Assembly (NCBI GenBank): GCA_937625935.1 | Contig: OW569354.1 | Span: forward strand, 186,001-250,000 | Direction of reading: 5' to 3' | Source of the DNA: Tetramitus jugosus | Lineage: Eukaryota > Protista > Heterolobosea | Length of the DNA: 64,000 nt | Part shown: positions 57,994 to 64,000 of the stretch, piece by piece | Layout: each line of letters opens with the position of its first letter | Numbering within the stretch: position 1 is the stretch's first letter | Notes under the pieces: generated by a model | Databases searched by the model: none | Seen by the model: only the letters and a program-made list of their open reading frames with translations | Told to the model about the DNA's origin: nothing | Program-made: the position numbers and the translations under genes

Positions 57994-60158
57994 ATGAATT
58001 CAACAAGAGAGCAAGTTTTCAATTTGTATACATCGGATGAATCGTACTCTAGGCTCAAGATTGTCCAACAATTATGTTCAAGGCTTCACCTGGATGCCAT
58101 TGTAGCTATTGGTGGTATTGATGGAAGGGATAACCTCGGTTCTACGCGGTTGATCAATTATCTACTGGGAGGAATGTATGGGCACTTCCTATCTGATAAT
58201 ATATTATTTAAGGAACAACTGGATGATTTGTTTCTGGTCATAACTGCTGATCGCATCACAATTTATGTCAATCCATTGAATCACAAGTATATTCAACCAA
58301 AAGTCGAGAAATGGGATCGATTGAGTTTGAAAAAGATTGAGGCATTGCTTTATCACAACGATAAGGATGGAGCTGAGATATTCAAGATTGAGAGTTTCAT
58401 CTCTTCGCTTCAAACGATTCGAAATGAATCCAATAGACTCCCTAAGATAGGATTCCCTCTGACACCTACACCTAACAGTACTCAGGGAAGTAAATTTGAA
58501 GTAGAACAGTTTCCTCTGATTCAGACATACGCCCTCGAGGAATTTAAGACAGGTTCTTTTTTTACTCAGGCTTTTGATGTTGAATCAGTGTTTCATGAGC
58601 TGAATGACGTTTACTGCGAGGTTGATTCACAATCATTCAAAGTTCTTTCAACACTTAATAATTCGATGTTGTTGAATCAGTGGTTGATGTCACTACAGAA
58701 TTTTGACATGTATCTCAATGCTCAAACTGAGTGTTACAACCTTCATCAATTACAAAATCGAAGTGAAGAAAACTTCGGAGAACCACTATTAACGTACTAC
58801 AAGTATGCTCACATTAGAAGTTCGGATCATCAGAAGGCGCTTCCTATCCCCAGTCTATCTTTTGGTGGTCGAGATCCTTTTGGTTCTACACCATCTACTT
58901 TGAGTGTATATCCTGGCACAAAGCATTTCACATTGGTTGCATCAGATCCTCACGCACCAATATGCGTGGCTCGAACATACTTTCTACAGACAGGATCTCT
59001 ATTGACTGACGCATGTTTGGATGGTTTGCTAGAAATAGATGATAGGTGTGATACAGAGGAAGTTAGAGTACTGATGGACATCTACAACACGCTTGTTAGA
59101 TGTGTATCAGAAGCGATGAGTAGAGGTTTATCGAAGCAATCCGACCTCGAAGATTTTGTATCCGATTTCTTTACTTTCTATCACATGGATGACAAAGCTA
59201 GTGATCTTCTTCAGAGTGGAGTAATAGCGAGCAAACTGATTCCTCTCGATATGACTCCCTATGTATTGAATAAGGTTCGACATTTGACTTGCTCTGTTCT
59301 TTTTTACTTAGAAGTGCAGATAAAAGACATAGAATTGAGTAGTGGTCGAGGGAGCATAATATATGGAAACACTGTCGCAAAAACATGCTCAGGCATGATC
59401 AATCTAACAAAGGCATATTCGGACTTTGAATGTTGGCTTGCAACTGAGAATGAAAGTAAGATTACAAAATTGATCCATAACAATATTGTCAACAGATTGA
59501 CAAACATGCACGATGTGATGGGAAGACTCACCCAAGGTAAATTCTTCACAATTTATTCTTTTTTCGGGAAAGAGCTGACACAAGGTATGAAGATATGCCA
59601 AACGCCAAATTATTATTTGGTTCATCCGTGTTCCAACCTCAAAATGGCAAGTTGAGACTATTTCAAAAAGGAATTGCATTCTGTCATGCAAGAATGGGCT
59701 ATTTTATTTATGATTTTCATACTTTATCTAGAATAATTGTTTTCAGAGACGACAGAGATCATCCGAGATATGTTCTGTTTGAATTTGAAGAAAATAAGCC
59801 ACCATATCAGGTACTAAGATATTGCAACGATCACAATAGTTTCATTTTGGCTCTTTATCCAGGTACCATGTCATATAGCGATTTTATCCAGGAAACTCTA
59901 CCAGAGTGGGAAAGGTACTGTGACGATGAAGGTCCTGTACTGGAGTTTCGTTTTCTCGATAAAACACCACTTCCTGATGTTTTTGAGTTTGAGGAGAAGC
60001 ACTTTGCTCTCGAAGCGAGCTCCCTAAAAGCAAGGGAGAAATCAAACACCCGATTCTCACTCTTTGTTCATGAGACAATCTCTTCATCCAGAATATTTGA
60101 GTTGGATGAGGACTGGAGAAATGTTTTGACTGATTTGACCATACAAAAGATCAAGTAG
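57994..60158 (+). CDS. DNAAF9: DNAAF9/Shulin (C20orf194)-like dynein assembly factor, N-terminal and middle domains only (probable intron 59537-59592)
   Basis: SRLKIVQ...DAIVAIGGIDGRDNLGSTRLINYLLGG...LDDLFLVI...IYVNPLN...AEIFKIESF...VEQFPLIQTYALE parallels the human C20orf194 N-terminus. Confidence 0.75.
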
Positions 60159-60162
60159 GAGC

Positions 60163-61677
60163 TCATGGAACCCTTTTGAAGTAAGAGAGCAAATTTGTTC
60201 TCGTTGACTTTTTCTGTTCCACTTTCTGTCTTTTGGGTTCAGGTGTGATTGAGCTGAATAAACTTGATGCGTCACGCTTCACAAGATATGATTGAATTGA
60301 GGTTTTGTCATCTCTCTTCTCAGTATTGGCAGTGTATGATTTGAAATCAGAAACTTGCACTGAAAGTCGATACAATTGGAATGATTCTCTACCAATCTTG
60401 CCTTGAAATAGTTCAAGACTAATCTTCTTCAAAATATTACACACACTCGTCATCATGTGTTCAGATGGATTCGAACTCTTCCGTAACAACTCACAAAAGT
60501 TATGTCGTCGCGAAGAGGACATAAAATTACTGTTGTAGTCTCGTAATGCATATCGAAGTGTTATCAATGTTGGATATCTCAAGTGTTTCGTTGAGTCTTC
60601 TATCGTTCTCTCAGCCAGCAACTTGCAAATATTATCGATTTTCTCTTCTGCCATGTCCATTGAATCAACAGGAAGAAAAGTTAATTCGTTTACAAGTGAC
60701 TTACCGCCCTCTAATGCCCATATTTTGTCATCAACAGGAGTGGTATCAATCGCTTGAGCTCTTTGAAGTATGTGATTCGCAAGTTTTTCTCCGACAACGT
60801 TCGATAACTCTCGTAAACTTATTGTACATAGATCGTTTATAATCTTCACATTTAAGGTATCCCTTACTTTGGTTGCTGTCTGTTCACCAACCCCAGGAAT
60901 TACTTGTTTCAATGAACTATCCCGAATCAATCTCTTTGCTGCCTGTACAGTTGCAACTACACTCTGTCCATTCGGCTTTGTTTGAGAACAAGCAATCTTA
61001 CTAATGAACTTGTTGAACGAGATACCGGATGATGTTGTATAGCCAAACTTCTTGAATATTGCTTTTCGAAGTCGAGTAGACACAGGTATCGCGCTTAACA
61101 GATCACCATTCACCAACTTTGTGACTTCAATGTAACATTCATCCATTGCATATTGCTCGATCGTAACCAATTTTTTTTCCTCTGAAGAGAAGTGTTCACA
61201 TGCAATAAAAGAAAAGATTGAATCACTCACTTTGCGATATAGATTCATATTTCCTGGTATAATGACAAGGTTGGGACACTTCTTACGTGCCTCATTCACA
61301 TGCATCATCTTATGCAATCCATACTTCTCTCTGGCAACATAATTACATGTTGATATTGTCATGTTCTGTTGAATACCGACTGGTTCATTCTCCAAATTCC
61401 TTCCATCGTTCAACTTGCTATTCACAATTTCTACTTGGGCATAAAAGTAATCAATATCAAGATGAATGATGCATCGAAAGTTTTGATCTCTGATGATGCT
61501 GTTTCTCTCCTTTGACAACAACCGATTCAATTCTTGTTGCTCAAGTGGATCAACTACTACCTTTGCAGCGATGAATGAAGAAGATGGTACGACTAACTCA
61601 CTTCTACTTTGATCATTGTCATCTTCACCACTCGTGTCCGAGTAAGCTGAAGAAGAGGAGCTTTGGGATAACACCAT
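60163..61677 (-). CDS. Y-family translesion DNA polymerase (Pol iota-like)
   Basis: IIHLDIDYFYAQVE, GIQQ...TCNYVAR, MDECYIEV, SKIACSQTKPNGQ and IPGVGE; PIP-like C-terminus NLLSYF. Confidence 0.88.
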   Translation of the reverse strand: MVLSQSSSSSAYSDTSGEDDNDQSRSELVVPSSSFIAAKVVVDPLEQQELNRLLSKERNSIIRDQNFRCIIHLDIDYFYAQVEIVNSKLNDGRNLENEPVGIQQNMTISTCNYVAREKYGLHKMMHVNEARKKCPNLVIIPGNMNLYRKVSDSIFSFIACEHFSSEEKKLVTIEQYAMDECYIEVTKLVNGDLLSAIPVSTRLRKAIFKKFGYTTSSGISFNKFISKIACSQTKPNGQSVVATVQAAKRLIRDSSLKQVIPGVGEQTATKVRDTLNVKIINDLCTISLRELSNVVGEKLANHILQRAQAIDTTPVDDKIWALEGGKSLVNELTFLPVDSMDMAEEKIDNICKLLAERTIEDSTKHLRYPTLITLRYALRDYNSNFMSSSRRHNFCELLRKSSNPSEHMMTSVCNILKKISLELFQGKIGRESFQLYRLSVQVSDFKSYTANTEKRDDKTSIQSYLVKRDASSLFSSITPEPKRQKVEQKKSTRTNLLSYFKRVP

Positions 61678-61805
61678 GCAAGCGTTTTGTTCTTTGTTCC
61701 CTTTTTTTCAAGAACTTGTACTTCAGAATTCCTCACTCTGCTGGAAGAAAATTGGATTGCGGTGAATTTATTGTCTGTCATCTACGGAAGAACCACCACG
61801 CAGGT

Positions 61806-62126
61806 TCATTCAATTGGAGAGTTGTCAGAATCATAGGGTATGACAACATCATCGTATATGATTCCTTCACTACAGTCTTCCTCTTCAGGGATGGGAAAAA
61901 AGATTGGGACTTCGTCGAAGCAAGTGATGCAGCTGGCGAACACGGCACCAGGCACCCAAAACACCAGGCAGAGAAGGAAGCATACGACAACATTCGTTAA
62001 TACAACCTTACGATCATTTGATACTTCCTTCACTGTCAAATAAACTGAAAGTGGAGGCAGGAGAACAGCCGTGAACAAGGCAATGTCTTGTGTTTTCATT
62101 TCTTGTTTCTGATTTTGAAGACACAT
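61806..62126 (-). CDS. PMP3/UPF0057 proteolipid membrane potential modulator
   Basis: AVLLPPLSVYL...NVVVCFLLCLVFWVPGAVFA. Confidence 0.75.
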   Translation of the reverse strand: MCLQNQKQEMKTQDIALFTAVLLPPLSVYLTVKEVSNDRKVVLTNVVVCFLLCLVFWVPGAVFASCITCFDEVPIFFPIPEEEDCSEGIIYDDVVIPYDSDNSPIE

Positions 62127-62170
62127 CGGTCAAACAACAATTTCTATTCGATAGAGAATCAAATGCCCTA

Positions 62171-63376
62171 TCAATTCACTTGGTCCTCACTCTTTCTGAA
62201 GTTGTCCTCCTCATCAGATTCTGATTGGTTATGAGCTGAGTTGTCATCATTGTCAGTTGCTCTTTGGAGTTCGAACGTTGCACTCTCATATCCATCTATC
62301 ATAGTTTGAGCAGTGCGGGCACTGATTGGAGAAGCGCTCAAGCATGGTTCGTATCGATCCATGTTTCTACCGAGTGAAACTTCTCCTCTTACGTTGTACT
62401 CTTCAGATTCATGAAGCAGCGGAGGTATAGATACAGTCACAGAGGCATTCTCGGCTTGTGTAGTTTCTTCAGAAGTGGATATTACGACTGATACCATTGG
62501 TAGCGCACCACTATCATCTCGAGATGTTGATTGCTTGGGTTTTGGCTTTGACTTCTTTTCTTCACTGCCTCGTGATGTCTTGTTCTTCGTAGAGAGACGA
62601 GTCACACAGCAACAGCACAATGTAGAAACAAACAAAAATCGCAACAGAGACCGAGAATGATAGTCTGTGTGATTGTCAATATCAGTATCCTTGTATCTCT
62701 TCCACAGGCACATGCATCGCAATGCAACAAAGATGAGACCAACGAGCACACAGGCACCCACAAAGCTCAGAACCACAGATAGAACAATCACACCCGTGTC
62801 ATTCAATCCCTTATGGGACACTTCAAAGTTCATCTGAACAGAGAATGTCTGTGCTTGAGTAGCGCTGATGGTCATTGCGGTTGCCATATCATCTGCATCA
62901 ACAAAGCAAAAGCCTCCTTTGACACCGAGATAGTAAACAGAGCTGTTGTCTACCGTGTTGAATGTGAGAACTTGATCTCCTTCGCTAAAGGAACTTGCAA
63001 TGTGATGGTCGCTCTGATCTGTTGGCAGTTCATTCACTTGAACAAAAGAAGAAATTTGACAGTATTGCTGTTCTTTGACATTGACTATCATCTTGTATGA
63101 TCGACTCGACGAAGGAACAACAATCTTGAAATATTTCCATTCATTCTCTGATAGGGAAGCACTGAGAGACACTAGTTTCTCTAACTGTGGTGCATCAGTT
63201 AACAATTGAGCCATTCTCTCTGGTGATTGTTTGAATTGTAATGCAGTTCTCTCTTGAGATTCGTCGGTCATCGAGCTCCGTATCGTTGTCAAGATGATAC
63301 AGAGAGAACAGAGTAAGATGAACAGATGGCATCGACTGTATCTGGTGTGTGAGGATGAATGGTAGACGTGCGGCAT
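62171..63376 (-). CDS. type I membrane protein of unknown function
   Basis: Signal peptide, a beta-rich ectodomain (WKYFKI...VYYLGVKG), one clear TM segment and a Cys-rich juxtamembrane region. Confidence 0.7.
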   Translation of the reverse strand: MPHVYHSSSHTRYSRCHLFILLCSLCIILTTIRSSMTDESQERTALQFKQSPERMAQLLTDAPQLEKLVSLSASLSENEWKYFKIVVPSSSRSYKMIVNVKEQQYCQISSFVQVNELPTDQSDHHIASSFSEGDQVLTFNTVDNSSVYYLGVKGGFCFVDADDMATAMTISATQAQTFSVQMNFEVSHKGLNDTGVIVLSVVLSFVGACVLVGLIFVALRCMCLWKRYKDTDIDNHTDYHSRSLLRFLFVSTLCCCCVTRLSTKNKTSRGSEEKKSKPKPKQSTSRDDSGALPMVSVVISTSEETTQAENASVTVSIPPLLHESEEYNVRGEVSLGRNMDRYEPCLSASPISARTAQTMIDGYESATFELQRATDNDDNSAHNQSESDEEDNFRKSEDQVN

Positions 63377-63693
63377 GATAAGGTCTCTCAGAAGAACTGT
63401 GTGACTTTGGTTATGTTAATGATGCTGGTGTTATCTGTTGGTTGTGTTTGTTGAATAGTGTTGACATGATGATGATGACTGACACACAACCACGCACAAC
63501 ACAGCGGCAATGGACATCGAATATTCGCACAGTTCCTTCTGGAAAGGCAATCAGAGAACAAAACTCTTTAGATTCAATGTCCGAAAATCGAACCCTGGTT
63601 GGCGGGAAAAATCTACAAGAGCTCAATTCAAATAATTTTCCAAGAAGAGGAAGATGATTGTATTTACAACGAAATGAATGAACCTTTGATAAC

Positions 63694-64000
63694 TTATTGC
63701 TGTTGTTCAACAAGCACTCTGTCAATGTACTGACCCAATGTTTCCTTGTCGTCCTTCATCCTTGTAGTTAAATACTCTCTGACGGTTGTGCCTTTCGATG
63801 CACCACCAAACTTTTCCAACAAATTCTCAGGAGTGTATCTGTTCTGCAACTCTTCATTCACATTCTTGGACAAGAATAAAAACTTTGACTTGGTCTTCTC
63901 ATCCAAAAACAGTTTCACAACAGCCCACACAGTGGAAAAATACCATGGTGGTTGAACCAAAATTGCCTCAATCAACCTCTCTGGATAGTTGTTTTGTCCG
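63694..64000 (-). CDS. CRAL-TRIO/Sec14-domain protein, 3' end (extends beyond window)
   Basis: QNNYPERL...PPWYFSTVWAVVKLFLDEKTKSK...LLEKFGG. Confidence 0.88.
   Translation of the reverse strand, partial: GQNNYPERLIEAILVQPPWYFSTVWAVVKLFLDEKTKSKFLFLSKNVNEELQNRYTPENLLEKFGGASKGTTVREYLTTRMKDDKETLGQYIDRVLVEQQQ

Overview
This is a gene-dense eukaryotic nuclear window. It has short GT-AG spliceosomal introns (GTATGT donors, CTRAY-like branch points) and intergenic spacers that are often under 150 bp. The gene content (a secretion-system ATPase, CHASE4-RGS fusions, a two-domain class III cyclase, tepsin, Shulin) suggests a discoban protist, probably heterolobosean; this is inference. Housekeeping genes fill 1-27.5 kb and 47.3-64 kb. 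They include CenH3, a C2H2 zinc-finger (TFIIIA-like) protein, an N-CoR-like SANT protein, a ZIP transporter, adenylyl cyclase, SLC25A38, ERG28, YIPF, tepsin, MCCB, an RVE-type Myb, RFWD3, OBAP, TMEM62, tRNA-Val, RPL26, RNase T2, CMC1, DNAAF9, a Y-family polymerase and PMP3. Between 27.8 and 46.9 kb is an accessory island with three tandem genes for a two-TM CHASE4-HAMP-PAS-RGS receptor, a bacterial-type sensor wired to a G-alpha GAP. The copies are nearly identical except for a short segment at the start of the sensor domain plus the adjacent intron, and their shared variants form a mosaic typical of gene conversion. The spacers between copies hold scrambled 18S rDNA fragments and decayed CACTA-like, Tc1/IS630-like and Transib/Chapaev (RAG1-like) transposases. 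A second highlight is an intron-containing GspE/PilB-type type II secretion ATPase gene (52336-53664), close to a bacterial-type DUF4919-like gene with a putative mitochondrial presequence. All family assignments come from recognising motifs by eye; no searches were run.
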